A stretch of 64,000 bases of DNA, from positions 722,171-786,170 of the forward strand of contig CAWJJC010000028.1 of NCBI GenBank assembly GCA_963843145.1, written 5' to 3'. Numbering within the stretch: position 1 is the stretch's first letter; the number at the start of each line of letters is the position of its first letter. The DNA comes from an uncultured delta proteobacterium. Its GTDB lineage: Bacteria > Desulfobacterota > RBG-13-43-22. The notes under the pieces are model-generated. The model saw only the letters and a program-made list of their open reading frames with translations. It was not told the origin of the DNA and did no database searches. Below, piece after piece: positions 9,634 through 20,142 of the stretch. The translations under genes and the position numbers were made by a program.

Positions 9634-10986
9634 CTACGTCCCTCGTTCAAATCCGTATTTTTTTATTTTGTTGTACAGGGTAACCCGATCGATGCCCAGG
9701 TCAACGGCGGTTTTGGAAATATTCCAGTGGTTTTCTTCCAGGATACGGCGAATGTGTTGTTTCTCCAGTTCCTGGAGGTTCTTGGACGAGGGTTCATTCA
9801 AGACCCCGGGGTTCGGTTGGAGAAAGGTAAAATCCTTGTCCGTCAGTTCGTGCCCCGGGCTGATAACCACGGCCCGCTCAATGGCATTTTCCAATTCCCG
9901 TACGTTTCCCGGCCAGTTATACTCCATCAACAGCTCCAGGGCCGAGGGGGTCAGGCGTTCGATCTTTTTATTGATTTCGATGGCATAGCGTCGAAGAAAA
10001 TGCTTGGCCAGCAGCGGGATGTCCTCTCTCCTTTCCCGCAAGGAGGGGAGGTGCAGGCCGACTACATTAAGCCGGTAGAAAAGGTCTGATCGGAAAATCC
10101 CCTGGGTAATGGCCTGCGCCAGGTCCCGATTGGTGGCTGAGATGATCCGCACATCGACCTTAATCAGTTCCGTCCCGCCTAAGCGGCGAAAGGACTTTTC
10201 CTGCAAGACCCGTAACAGATCAATCTGTGTTTTTAGGGAAATCTCACCAACTTCATCTAAGAATAGAGTCCCCCCGTCCGCCATTTCGAAGCGCCCCTTT
10301 TTGGTGTGGGCGGCCCCGGTGAAGGCCCCCTTCTCGTAGCCGAAGAGTTCACTTTCCAGGAGGGTATCCGGCAAGGCCCCGCAACTGAGGGCAATAAAAG
10401 GTTCATAACGACGGGGACTGATGGCGTGAATGGCCTTGGCCGCCAGTTCCTTCCCGGTACCCGATTCGCCGGTGATCAGGACCGTGGCCTGGGTGGGGGC
10501 CACATTTCGAATCAGCTCGAAGACTTGCTGCATGGCAGCGCTTTTCCCGATCAAATCTTCAAATTCGTACTTATCCTCCAATTTTTGCCGGAGCAGGATG
10601 TTTTCCAAAATGAGATTTTTGTGCTCCAGGATCTTTTTGATCAACAGGGCCACTTCCTCGGGGTCGAAAGGTTTGACGATATAATCATAGGCCCCGGATT
10701 TTATGGCCTCCACAGCGGTATTCACCGACCCATAGGCGGTCATGATTATGACTTCGATGTCCGGGAACTCTTTTTTTACCTCCAGCAATACCTGAAGGCC
10801 GTCCATCCCGGGCATTTTGAGGTCCAGGAGCACCACCTGGAAGGGGGCCTGTCTGATTTTTTTCAGGGCCTGGATCCCGTTTTCCGCGGCTTCCACCTGA
10901 TAACTTTCCTCTTTCAACCAATTGGTTAGGGATTCCCGGACGATTTGTTCGTCATCGACGATGAGGATTCTGGGCTGTTCGGTCAT
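9634..10986 (-). CDS. sigma-54-dependent response regulator (NtrC/AtoC type)
   Basis: REC domain, GESGTGKE, GAFTGA, Fis HTH. Confidence 0.95.
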   Translation of the reverse strand: MTEQPRILIVDDEQIVRESLTNWLKEESYQVEAAENGIQALKKIRQAPFQVVLLDLKMPGMDGLQVLLEVKKEFPDIEVIIMTAYGSVNTAVEAIKSGAYDYIVKPFDPEEVALLIKKILEHKNLILENILLRQKLEDKYEFEDLIGKSAAMQQVFELIRNVAPTQATVLITGESGTGKELAAKAIHAISPRRYEPFIALSCGALPDTLLESELFGYEKGAFTGAAHTKKGRFEMADGGTLFLDEVGEISLKTQIDLLRVLQEKSFRRLGGTELIKVDVRIISATNRDLAQAITQGIFRSDLFYRLNVVGLHLPSLRERREDIPLLAKHFLRRYAIEINKKIERLTPSALELLMEYNWPGNVRELENAIERAVVISPGHELTDKDFTFLQPNPGVLNEPSSKNLQELEKQHIRRILEENHWNISKTAVDLGIDRVTLYNKIKKYGFERGT

Positions 10987-10995
10987 ACCTCCTCC

Positions 10996-13440
10996 TTAGG
11001 GGGCCTCGATCTCTTGGACGGGGAGCTGAACCCGAAAGGTGGTCCCCTGTCCCGGCGTACTATCTACCTTGATCAGTCCCTGGTGGTTATCGATAATGCC
11101 GTAGGAAACGGAGAGCCCCAACCCCACCCCCTTCCCCTCGGCCTTGGTGCTGAAAAAAGGTTCAAAGAGGTTGTCCAGGTGTTCCCGGGGGATGCCGATG
11201 CCGTTGTCCCGGATTTCCACCTCGATAAGTTTTCCTTTGGGCAGGAACCGGCTGGCGACGACCAGGGTACCCCCCTGGGGCATGGACTCCACCCCGTTGA
11301 TGATGATATTCATCAGGGCCTGCTGAATCTGCTTGAAATCACAGGTAACCGGCGGCAGATCGGAGCCGAGCTGGCGAAGGAGCGTTACCCCCGAGATCTC
11401 AATTTTATGGGTCAGGATGCCCAAGGCCTGCTCGATAATATCGTTGATCGGAACCGGTTCTTTGCGTACCACCGAGGGCCGGGAAAAGGAGAGCAGGTTC
11501 TTGACGATCTCGCCGCAACGGGCGGTTTCCTTTTCCATAATGGTCAGGAAGCCTTTGATATCCTCCAGCCGTTCCGGGCTGGCCGGACCCTTGGCAAAAA
11601 TCTTGATCAATAACTTGATATAATTCAAGACCCCGGCGATGGGGTTATTGATTTCATGGGCGATGGTGGCCGCCAGTTTTCCCAGAGAGGCCAGTCGGGC
11701 CGACTGGATCAGTTGTTCCTGGGTGGATTTCAGTTCCTCATAGGCCTGTTCAATCTCTTGAATATTCCGGCGGATAACCCGTTCCGCCCGCCGCTGTTCG
11801 GTCACGTCCTGCAGGGTGGTGATGGCCGCCTGGATCCGCCCCTCGGGATCGCGGATCGGAGCGGCCAGGAAGAAGATTTCTCGCCCTCCCTGCCCCAGGG
11901 AGGGAAAGAAATCCTCGGCTTGGTAGGCTCCGGGGATTATGGGCGATTCCTTTAGCCCTTTATCTCCATAATACCGTTTCAAAATAGAGTAATCCTCTTC
12001 CAGGATGCCATCGGCCAGAATGGGGCGGGGTTCCGAATAGAAGGCCTGCCACTGGTTATTCGTGCCGATCAGCTCCCCGGTTTTCTTCCCGGTAAGCAGT
12101 TCACAGGCCTTGTTCCAGTGGATGATCCGGTGAGACCGGTCCACGACAAAAGTGGCTACGGGCGAACCTTCCAAGATCCCTTCAATGGTCTTTTTTTCTT
12201 TGACCAGCACCCGTTCGGCTTTTTTTTGTTCGGTAATATCCTTGATCAGCAACACATAGCCGATGACCTGGGATTGGGAATCCTTGAGCACATTTCCGGA
12301 AAGGAGGGCCTCTATCTCCGCCGCTCCTCTGACTTGTAACTGGGTTTCAAAATCCCGTACCAGGCCGAACTGGCGGATTTGATCCCGGACGGAAAACCAG
12401 TCCGAAGGAGAAATAAAAAGGGAAGCCACGTTAATCGATTCCAAGACCTCAATTTTGGAATTATGGCCGAGGAGCTTTATGCCTGCCAGATTGATATCCA
12501 GCAAGCGGCCGGAAGGGTTGGTCAGTAGAATTCCATTTTGAGATTCTTGGAAAATAAGCCGGTATTTTTCTTCGGATTTTCGGAAATCATCGGTACGTTC
12601 CTCCACAATTTTTTCCAGGTCCTGCGTATAGCTAGATATGCGATCGCTCATTTCATTGCAGGCCCGGGCCAGGCTCCCGATTTCATCTTCGGTTTCTATC
12701 GGAATATAGGTCCTGGGGCCTTTGCCGCCTATTTCGAGAGTCCCTTGAAGGAGCCGTTTAATCGGGCGATTCACAAAGAAGAGGATATATCCGATAATAA
12801 TGGCCGTAATGAATAAAAACAGAACCAGGTCGAATAAAACGGTGTTAATGATGTTGCGGCGAATCTCCTGATCGATACGGAAGAGGGAGGTGGTTACTTC
12901 CAGGAGGCCCAATTTGCGTTCTTTGGGAGAATGGGCGTGACAGGGGGCGGTGGAGCAACTGGTTTCATTAGGTAGGGGCGTGATGATGCTGAGCACATGC
13001 TCTTGCCCTGTTCCTCTTTCAAACCGAGCCCGCTGGGAGAGGGACAGTTTTTCCAACGGCACGGAGACCCCGTGGCAGACCGTGCAAGCCGAGTCCTGTT
13101 TCGTCAGCGCGGTTCCGATTTCACTGACCCGAGAGGAATACCTGACTACCCCTTTTTTGCTGAAAACCCGGATGTTTTCGATCCCCTCCTGGCTTCCGAG
13201 GGCCTCGACGATCTTGAGTACATGCGGCCGGTCGTTCAGCAGCATTCCGAAGCGGGTGGCCCGCTGGACGGTTTCACTGAATCGTTCGGCCCGCAGGATA
13301 AGCCGGGTGAGCAATTGTTGCCGTAAATCGCGGATATTAAAAAAGGTAAAGGACCCGATGGACAGGAGCAGGATGAGCCCCACCGAAAAGCCCATTTTCC
13401 AGGCCAGGCTTTTTCTAAGGCGTGACACCACTGGGATCAA
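10996..13440 (-). CDS. membrane sensor histidine kinase (periplasmic heme-c motifs, HAMP, 2 PAS)
   Basis: CTVCH and CSTAPCH between TM helices; HEINNP H-box; GVGLGL G-box. Confidence 0.9.
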   Translation of the reverse strand: MIPVVSRLRKSLAWKMGFSVGLILLLSIGSFTFFNIRDLRQQLLTRLILRAERFSETVQRATRFGMLLNDRPHVLKIVEALGSQEGIENIRVFSKKGVVRYSSRVSEIGTALTKQDSACTVCHGVSVPLEKLSLSQRARFERGTGQEHVLSIITPLPNETSCSTAPCHAHSPKERKLGLLEVTTSLFRIDQEIRRNIINTVLFDLVLFLFITAIIIGYILFFVNRPIKRLLQGTLEIGGKGPRTYIPIETEDEIGSLARACNEMSDRISSYTQDLEKIVEERTDDFRKSEEKYRLIFQESQNGILLTNPSGRLLDINLAGIKLLGHNSKIEVLESINVASLFISPSDWFSVRDQIRQFGLVRDFETQLQVRGAAEIEALLSGNVLKDSQSQVIGYVLLIKDITEQKKAERVLVKEKKTIEGILEGSPVATFVVDRSHRIIHWNKACELLTGKKTGELIGTNNQWQAFYSEPRPILADGILEEDYSILKRYYGDKGLKESPIIPGAYQAEDFFPSLGQGGREIFFLAAPIRDPEGRIQAAITTLQDVTEQRRAERVIRRNIQEIEQAYEELKSTQEQLIQSARLASLGKLAATIAHEINNPIAGVLNYIKLLIKIFAKGPASPERLEDIKGFLTIMEKETARCGEIVKNLLSFSRPSVVRKEPVPINDIIEQALGILTHKIEISGVTLLRQLGSDLPPVTCDFKQIQQALMNIIINGVESMPQGGTLVVASRFLPKGKLIEVEIRDNGIGIPREHLDNLFEPFFSTKAEGKGVGLGLSVSYGIIDNHQGLIKVDSTPGQGTTFRVQLPVQEIEAP

Positions 13441-13536
13441 ATCAGCCTCCCTTGAGGCAGGGTCCGGGGAGATTCGACTGGTTATAAAAAGGGTGGTGGA
13501 AGCGGTCTCTAGCCCTTATCTTCTGAGGGCCTCCCT

Positions 13537-15759
13537 CTAAGTGAACTTCAGGCGGACAGCTCCGGCGGGAAATCCCTCCACAGACAAGATGGGGGACCCG
13601 GGATGGTCCGGCCGCGGACAAGGCCACTGCAGACCGCCTTGTTCCAATCGAGACACGGATAATCCGGCCCAGGCTGGGAGGTTCCGGGCGATTTCATCCA
13701 GGGTTTGTTCGGGGGTCAGTCGGGGCCAGGGGGTCCCCAAGCTGGCGGCCAAGCGGTGCAGAAGATCTCCGGTCCATAACGTTCCCGGTGAGGGCGGGAT
13801 AGAGGGCTTCAGGAGTTGCACCCGTCTTTCCACGTTGGTAAAAGTTCCCATTTTTTCGGAGTAGGGTAGGGCCGGGAGGACTAACTCCGCCTGTTCCGCC
13901 GCTTCCGAAAGAAAGAGGTCCTGGACGACCAAAAAGATCCCGGAGGCCTTCAAGGCCGCGGCTTGATCGGGGGAGCAATGGCTGCGACCGGCCGGATCCT
14001 CGGCGATGAGCAGCAACCCTTTTAGTTTTCCAGTCGCGAGGTGGGCCAAAAGATCCAAATTCTCTGGATTGACAGCCCCCAATTCCCAGGCCCCCAGGGT
14101 ATTGGCTTTAGGCGCCAGGAAGGCCAATCCGCCGCCGGCTGGCCCCAGGTTTCCGGTGATCAACTGCAGGTTCAGGGCGGATTGAACCAGTTCCCGATCA
14201 AAGGGTGTGCCCCCCAGCGGGGGCGGGCAGATCAGGGCCAGGGGGCGGTGTTCGACCAGAAAGTCCACAGCCTCTTGAAGCTCTTGGGTTGTCAGCCCCG
14301 TCTCTAAGGCGATTGATTCCAAGGTCCGGTCTGCCAGGGTCGATTTCAAGTCTTCGATCCCGGTGGTCTGCCGTTCAACCAAGGGGGCGTCATAGTGCTG
14401 TCCCAGAATCAGGGCGTTCAATAAACCCTGGATCAGGGCGGCCTCCGTTCCCGGCTTTGGGCCGAGCAAGAGTTCGGCCTGTCGCCGGAAGGTTCGGGGC
14501 ACCTCATCGATGACCAGCAAGTGGGCGCCTTTTTGAACGGCCTGGCGAACCTTGATCCCCACTATGGGATGGGTTTCCATGAGTTGCGAGCCCAGCAGGA
14601 TGATTCCCGCGCTGTTCATCAGATCGTCCGTCGGGTTGGTCATACCGCTGAGGCCCAACCGTTGAGTCAGCGTTTCCTGCACCGGGGCCCAGATTTCCGA
14701 GCCGGCGTGGTCGATCTGGGATGTTCCCCAGACGGTGCGGGCAAATTTTTGCCAGAGATAAAGTTCCTCGTTGGTCAGCACCGGGGAGAGCCGCAGGCCC
14801 AAGGATTCAGGACCGGATTGGGCTATCAGGGTTTTGGTTTTATCGGCCAGAAATTCCAGGGCCTTTTCCCAGGGAACCTCAGTCCAAGCCCCTGCCTGTT
14901 TCAGCAGCGGGGTCTTCAGGCGTTGAGGCGAATTCAGATAGGCGTATTCAAATCGGCCCTGACGGCAGAGGGCCCCCTGGTTGGCCGGAGAACTGAAATT
15001 AGAAGTTATTTTGATCAGTTCCTGATCTTTGCTATTGAGGTCGAAAACACAGCCGCAACCGCAGAGCGGACAGACGCTCTGGGTCTTGCGCATCTCCCAG
15101 TTTCGGCCCCGGCCCCGGGGTAGTTTTTCGGAGAGGGCATCCACCGGGCAGAGGGCCACGCATTGGCCGTCAAGTTCGCACCCGGATTGGCCCAGGATAT
15201 TGCCGAAGGCGGTTGAAATCCGTTGATTGAACCCCCGGTCGGCTTTAGTCAGCACATGGGCGCACTGCATTTCCGAGCAGGCCCGGATACAGCGCCGGCA
15301 GAGTATACACTTGTTCAGGTCCCAATGGATATAGGGATTGGGATCGTGATCCACCGGGTAACTATGGGTTTGTCCGGAGAGAGAACTTTCCTTGATCCCG
15401 TATTCATAAGCCAGATCCATCAATTCACAGCTTCCGGCGGCATTGCAGGTCAGACAATCCAGGGGGTGATCGGAGAGGATCAATTCCAGAACATATTTTC
15501 GGGCCTTGATGACCGGATCGGTATCTGTTTCAATAACCATCCCTTCCCGGGCCGGATAGACACAAGCGGCCACCAGGGAACTCCAGCGCCCACGGACCAT
15601 TTCCACCACGCAAAGGCGGCAGGATTCCTCAGGCGGCAGGGCCGGGTGATAACAGAGGGTGGGGATGCGAATATCGGCCTTGCGGGCCGCCGTCAGAATA
15701 GTATCCCCGACATCGGCCTCGACGGACCGGCCGTTGATGGTTAAGTGAATCTTGGACAT
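13537..15759 (-). CDS. NuoG/FdhA-like Fe-S subunit, probably non-catalytic
   Basis: 2Fe-2S, HxxxCxxCxxxxxC, 2x4Fe-4S and CPLCGCGC motifs; Mo-ligand position lacks Cys/Sec. Confidence 0.85.
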   Translation of the reverse strand: MSKIHLTINGRSVEADVGDTILTAARKADIRIPTLCYHPALPPEESCRLCVVEMVRGRWSSLVAACVYPAREGMVIETDTDPVIKARKYVLELILSDHPLDCLTCNAAGSCELMDLAYEYGIKESSLSGQTHSYPVDHDPNPYIHWDLNKCILCRRCIRACSEMQCAHVLTKADRGFNQRISTAFGNILGQSGCELDGQCVALCPVDALSEKLPRGRGRNWEMRKTQSVCPLCGCGCVFDLNSKDQELIKITSNFSSPANQGALCRQGRFEYAYLNSPQRLKTPLLKQAGAWTEVPWEKALEFLADKTKTLIAQSGPESLGLRLSPVLTNEELYLWQKFARTVWGTSQIDHAGSEIWAPVQETLTQRLGLSGMTNPTDDLMNSAGIILLGSQLMETHPIVGIKVRQAVQKGAHLLVIDEVPRTFRRQAELLLGPKPGTEAALIQGLLNALILGQHYDAPLVERQTTGIEDLKSTLADRTLESIALETGLTTQELQEAVDFLVEHRPLALICPPPLGGTPFDRELVQSALNLQLITGNLGPAGGGLAFLAPKANTLGAWELGAVNPENLDLLAHLATGKLKGLLLIAEDPAGRSHCSPDQAAALKASGIFLVVQDLFLSEAAEQAELVLPALPYSEKMGTFTNVERRVQLLKPSIPPSPGTLWTGDLLHRLAASLGTPWPRLTPEQTLDEIARNLPAWAGLSVSRLEQGGLQWPCPRPDHPGSPILSVEGFPAGAVRLKFT

Positions 15760-15775
15760 GAGTGCTTTCCTTGTC

Positions 15776-16504
15776 TTAGATCATCCCGCAGACCCCGGCG
15801 GGACAGCGCTTCTCCCGAAGGTGGGCCTCGAATTCTTCCCGAAAATAATGAATAATGGCGACGATGATCTTGGAGGTCTTCCCGGCAAAACTGCAATAGG
15901 CGGCCTGGGTCATCAGGCTGATGAGGGTCTCAATTTCCTGGAGGGCGCTCCCGCCGGCCCGGCCCCGGGTTATGGCCTCGACCACCTCTCCTAAACGCTT
16001 GATCCCCAATCGACAGGGAACGCACTTACCGCAGGATTCTTCCGCGTGGAACTGAATCAAATAGCGGGTCATCTGGACCATGCAATAGGAGGAATCCAGG
16101 GTCATGATGCATTCGGATTCTTTTTCCCAGATCAGATCGCTGCGGATGGATTGTAAAGGATCCAGTCTCAGGATGGGGAAAAGGATTTTTCCTCCTATCA
16201 GGGTATCCTTCAGGATATAGGGGATGTGTCCGGGCTGGACCTGCTGATAAAAAAGGCCCAGTCGGGGAAGACTGACATAGGGGCCCTTCCGGCAGGTCCC
16301 GCGGCAGCCTATCTTGGCTGGTTCCAGTTGCAGGGGAAATTGAAGCCTTTCGGCCTCCTTTTTCAACCCGGCATACAGCGCAAAACTCCCGCAGGGCAAT
16401 TCCGGTTGATGCCCCCCGCAAACCGTCAAATGCGGTTTTTCCACGGGGGTCATTAAACCGAGGGGTTTCTGGGGCTTGGTCGTTCGGGTCAATGGTTCCG
16501 CCAT
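15776..16504 (-). CDS. thioredoxin-like 2Fe-2S domain fused to NuoF C-terminal Fe-S domain
   Basis: GCRGTCRKGP; [12 protein letters not shown]...EAHLREKRCPAGVC. Confidence 0.8.
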   Translation of the reverse strand: MAEPLTRTTKPQKPLGLMTPVEKPHLTVCGGHQPELPCGSFALYAGLKKEAERLQFPLQLEPAKIGCRGTCRKGPYVSLPRLGLFYQQVQPGHIPYILKDTLIGGKILFPILRLDPLQSIRSDLIWEKESECIMTLDSSYCMVQMTRYLIQFHAEESCGKCVPCRLGIKRLGEVVEAITRGRAGGSALQEIETLISLMTQAAYCSFAGKTSKIIVAIIHYFREEFEAHLREKRCPAGVCGMI

Positions 16505-16513
16505 GATGGTTCG

Positions 16514-19500
16514 TTACTCCGCCAAGTCGCAGCGCAGGCAGCGTCGGGCCTCGTCCATCGCCTGCTTCTCGCTGAGACCCAATTCGGCCTCCTGAAAATT
16601 CGTTGACCTTTCCTTGACCGGGACCAGGCCCATCTCCGGGCGATCCGCAGGGAGGGCTTCCCCTTCGGGAACGATCGCTTTTTCCAACCGCAACCGGGGC
16701 TTGGAGGCTGGGAACTTATTTTCCTGGCCGGAGAGAAAGTTGTCGATTGACCAGGCGGCCCGTTTGCCGACGGCCACGGCCTCAATCACTGAAGCCATCC
16801 CGGAAATCAGGTCCCCCCCGGCGAAGACACCTGGAATCTGGGTTTGCAGGGTTTCTGGATCCACAGCCAGGGTCTGTCCGCCGGTTACCGCCAGGGGAGC
16901 GATGGGGGACAGGAAGGAAAGATCCGGCTTCAGACCCACGGCGGTAATCACCATCTCGGCCGGCAGAATGAACTCCGTGCCTTCCTGGGGCAGGATCCGC
17001 CGGCGTCCGCTGGTATCGGTGCTTAGCGGTTCAAGCCGCAGGCACTCCAGGCCGCTCACCCGATGATTTTTGGCGATGATTTTTGTGGGGGTGGTCAAGA
17101 AATGAAACTGCACTCCTTCCTCCCGGGCCGCCCTGAGCTCCAGGGGATCGGCCGGAAGATCCTCCTCCGTGCGCCGGTAGACCAGATGGACCGTGGCCCC
17201 CAGGCGGATCGCCGCCCGGGCGGCATCGACGGCCTCATAGCCGCCGCCGACCACGGCCACCCGCTTTCTGGCCAGGGGCTCAGGGGAGTCGTTGACCTTT
17301 TTGAGAAAATCCAAGGCGTCCATGATCCCCTCGTAGAGGTTTTCTCCGAAGACGCCCATCTCCAGTCCCTGATGGGCACCGGTGGCCAGGAAGAGGGCTT
17401 CATAGCCCTCGTTCTTCAACTGCTCCAGGGAGAGATCTTTCCCGACCGGGGTCTGGGTCTTGACTTCGATTCCCAGGGCCAGGATATACTGAATATCCCG
17501 CTGGAGATGCTCCCGGGGAAGACGGAATTCCGGAATGGCCAAAGCCAACATCCCTCCCAGGACCGGGGAGGCCTCGAAGAGGGTAACCGGATAGCCTTTT
17601 TTGGCCAGAAAATAGGCCGCGGACAATCCAGCCGGCCCCCCGCCCACTACGGCCACTTTTTGCGATCGGGTTTTCGGAACCGGCGGGGGCAGGACCAGAG
17701 GCCGGGTACCTTCGAAATCGGAAATGAAACGTTTAAGCTGCATGATGGCGATGGGAGAATCCACCTCGCCCCGGGTGCAGGTGACCTCGCAGCCATGATT
17801 GCAGATACGGCCGCAGACGGAAGGGAAGGGGTTGTCGGCCCGGACGATTTCCAGGGCTTGCTCGTAATGGCCGGAGGCGGTCAGGGCCACGTAACTGGCC
17901 ACATCAATCCCGGCCGGACAACCTTTCTGGCAGGGGGCGGCCGCCAGGCGCCGGCAGACGCCGGCCGGGCATTCCTTATCCCGGATGTGGGCCTCGTATT
18001 CCTCCCGGAAGTATTTGATGGTGGACAGGACCGGGTTGGCCGACGATTTGCCCAGTCCGCAAAGGGCCGCCTCGGTGATGGTCCCGCCCAAGGCCTGCAG
18101 CCGTTCGATATCGCCTTCCTTTCCCTGACCTTGGCAGATGCGGGTCACGATCTCATGCATGCGCTTGACCCCCAACCGGCAGGGCACGCACTTGCCGCAG
18201 GACTCTTCCTCCAGAAAGTGCAGAAAATAACGGGCCATATCCACCATGCAGGTTTCTTCGTCGAGGACGATCATCCCCCCGGAACCCATCATGGAACCGG
18301 CTTCTTTTAATTTTTCGTAATCCACCGGAAGGTCAATCAGGGCGTTGGGGATACAGCCCCCCGAGGGGCCGCCGGTTTGGACCGCTTTGAATGTTTTGCC
18401 CTTGGGAATGCCCCCGCCGATCTCGTAAATAATCTTCCGCAGCGGGGTGCCCATGGCCACTTCCACCAAGCCGGAGTTGTTTATTTTCCCCACCAGAGAG
18501 AAAATCTTGGTCCCCTTACTGCGCTCAGTGCCGATGGAGGCATGCCAAGCCCCGCCTTGGTTGACAATCAGGGGAACGGTAGCCCAGGTTTCGACGTTGT
18601 TCAGGTTGCTCGGACGGTTCCACAGCCCCTTTTCGACCGTATGGATATGTTTGCCGCGCGGTTCCCCCACCTTCCCCTCCAGGGAGGCCATGAGGGCGGT
18701 GGATTCTCCGCAGACGAAAGCCCCGGCCCCGCGGGTGACAAAAATTTCCAGGCTGAAGGGGGTGCCCAGAATATTCCGGCCCAGAAGCCCCAATTCTTTA
18801 GCCTGCTGGATGGCCCAGAGGGCATTTTTTGTGGCCAGGGGGTATTCATAACGGCAGTAAATGTAGCCTTCCACGGCCCCGATGGCATAGGCCCCGATAA
18901 TCATTCCCTCAATGATTTGATGGGGATTTCCCTCCAGGAGCGCCCGGTCCATATAGGCCCCGGGGTCCCCCTCGTCGGCGTTGCACATCACATATTTAAT
19001 GGCGCCTTTGGCCTTCCGGCAGGATTCCCATTTGGTCCCGGTAGGAAAACCGCCCCCCCCTCGGCCCCTGAGGCCGGAAAGCTTGATTTCTTCGATGAGT
19101 TCTTCGGGTGTCGCCTCGGAGAGGGCCTTGACCAGTCCGGCATACCCGCCCCGGGAGATATAGTCCTCGATATCCGAATAGTAAGTTCCTGCCGGAGTCC
19201 CGAGAGACGATCTGTTCCTGGTTGGCGTAAAACGGAAGGTCCGCTTCGTGAACGATTTTCTTTCCGTCGGCCGGGTGGGTGTAGAGGAGTTTTTCGATGA
19301 TTTCCCCGCCGATCAGCGTCCGCTCCACGATCTCGGGGACATGGCGCAGACGGAGTTTTTCATAAAAGATGTTTTCCGGTTCAATTACGGCAATCGGACC
19401 CCGGGAGCAAAAGCCATGGCAACCGGTGGGAGTGACCCAGAATTCCTCCTGCAGCCCCTTTTCAACTATCAGGTCCTGGAGGGCCTTGGCAATCGCTTCT

Positions 19501-19622
19501 CCCGCATGGGAAGCACAGGCCGGTCCAGCGCAGACCCGAACCCGTTTCTTTATCCGCTCCCGGCGTTTGAGAATATCCTGGCGGAAGATTTCCAGCTCTG
19601 CGGGATTATTAAGACGATTCAT
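16514..19622 (-). CDS. nuoF: NuoF/HydB-GltD(NfnL) fusion, about 1035 aa, one frameshift near 19183
   Basis: TGCHGFC; after a +1 shift [33 protein letters not shown]; then GltD-type CPAG..CGRIC, GGGPAG, YRR. Confidence 0.88.
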
Positions 19623-19632
19623 GGTGGTTCGG

Positions 19633-20124
19633 TTAGCCCTCTTTCTTTACTAATTCTTTGATCAATTCGCAAACTTTGTTGGGAGTCATCTCACTGTGCG
19701 TATCATCATTTACCCGGACAATCGGGGCCGAAGCACAGGCACCGACGCAGTTGACCGTCTCCAGCGTAATGGCCAGGTCCGTCGTGGTCTCACCGGGTTT
19801 CAAATGCAGTTCTTTGTCCAGACACTCAATCAAACGCTGGGCCCCTTTGACGTGGCAGGCCGTCCCGGTGCAGACATGGACCAGAGTCCGCCCGCGGGGG
19901 GTGAGGCTGAAGACTTTAAAAAAAGTCGCTACACTGAAAACCTGACTGATGGGCAGTTTCACCTGTCCGGCCACCCAAACCAGGCTTTCCTGAGGCAGGT
20001 AATGAAAATGCTGGTTGATATCCAACAGGATTTGAAGGACCGAGGCTGGCCGCGCCCCTTGTTCGGCCACGATGGCCGAAAGCGTTTGCAGGTCCTTTTC
20101 CGAAAGTTGTTTTTCGACTGCCAT
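19633..20124 (-). CDS. nuoE: NuoE/HydC 2Fe-2S subunit
   Basis: VCTGTACHVKG...NCVGACASAP. Confidence 0.92.
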   Translation of the reverse strand: MAVEKQLSEKDLQTLSAIVAEQGARPASVLQILLDINQHFHYLPQESLVWVAGQVKLPISQVFSVATFFKVFSLTPRGRTLVHVCTGTACHVKGAQRLIECLDKELHLKPGETTTDLAITLETVNCVGACASAPIVRVNDDTHSEMTPNKVCELIKELVKKEG

Positions 20125-20142
20125 AATTAAATGTCCATTCTC

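Noticed and set aside
13537-15759. Selenocysteine formate dehydrogenase, prompted by nearby selA
   Set aside because: No in-frame TGA, and the active-site motif is absent
17063-18310. Long antisense ORFs (also 24013-25086, 43511-44566, 56481-57764)
   Set aside because: Shadow ORFs of GC3-rich genes with no recognisable motifs
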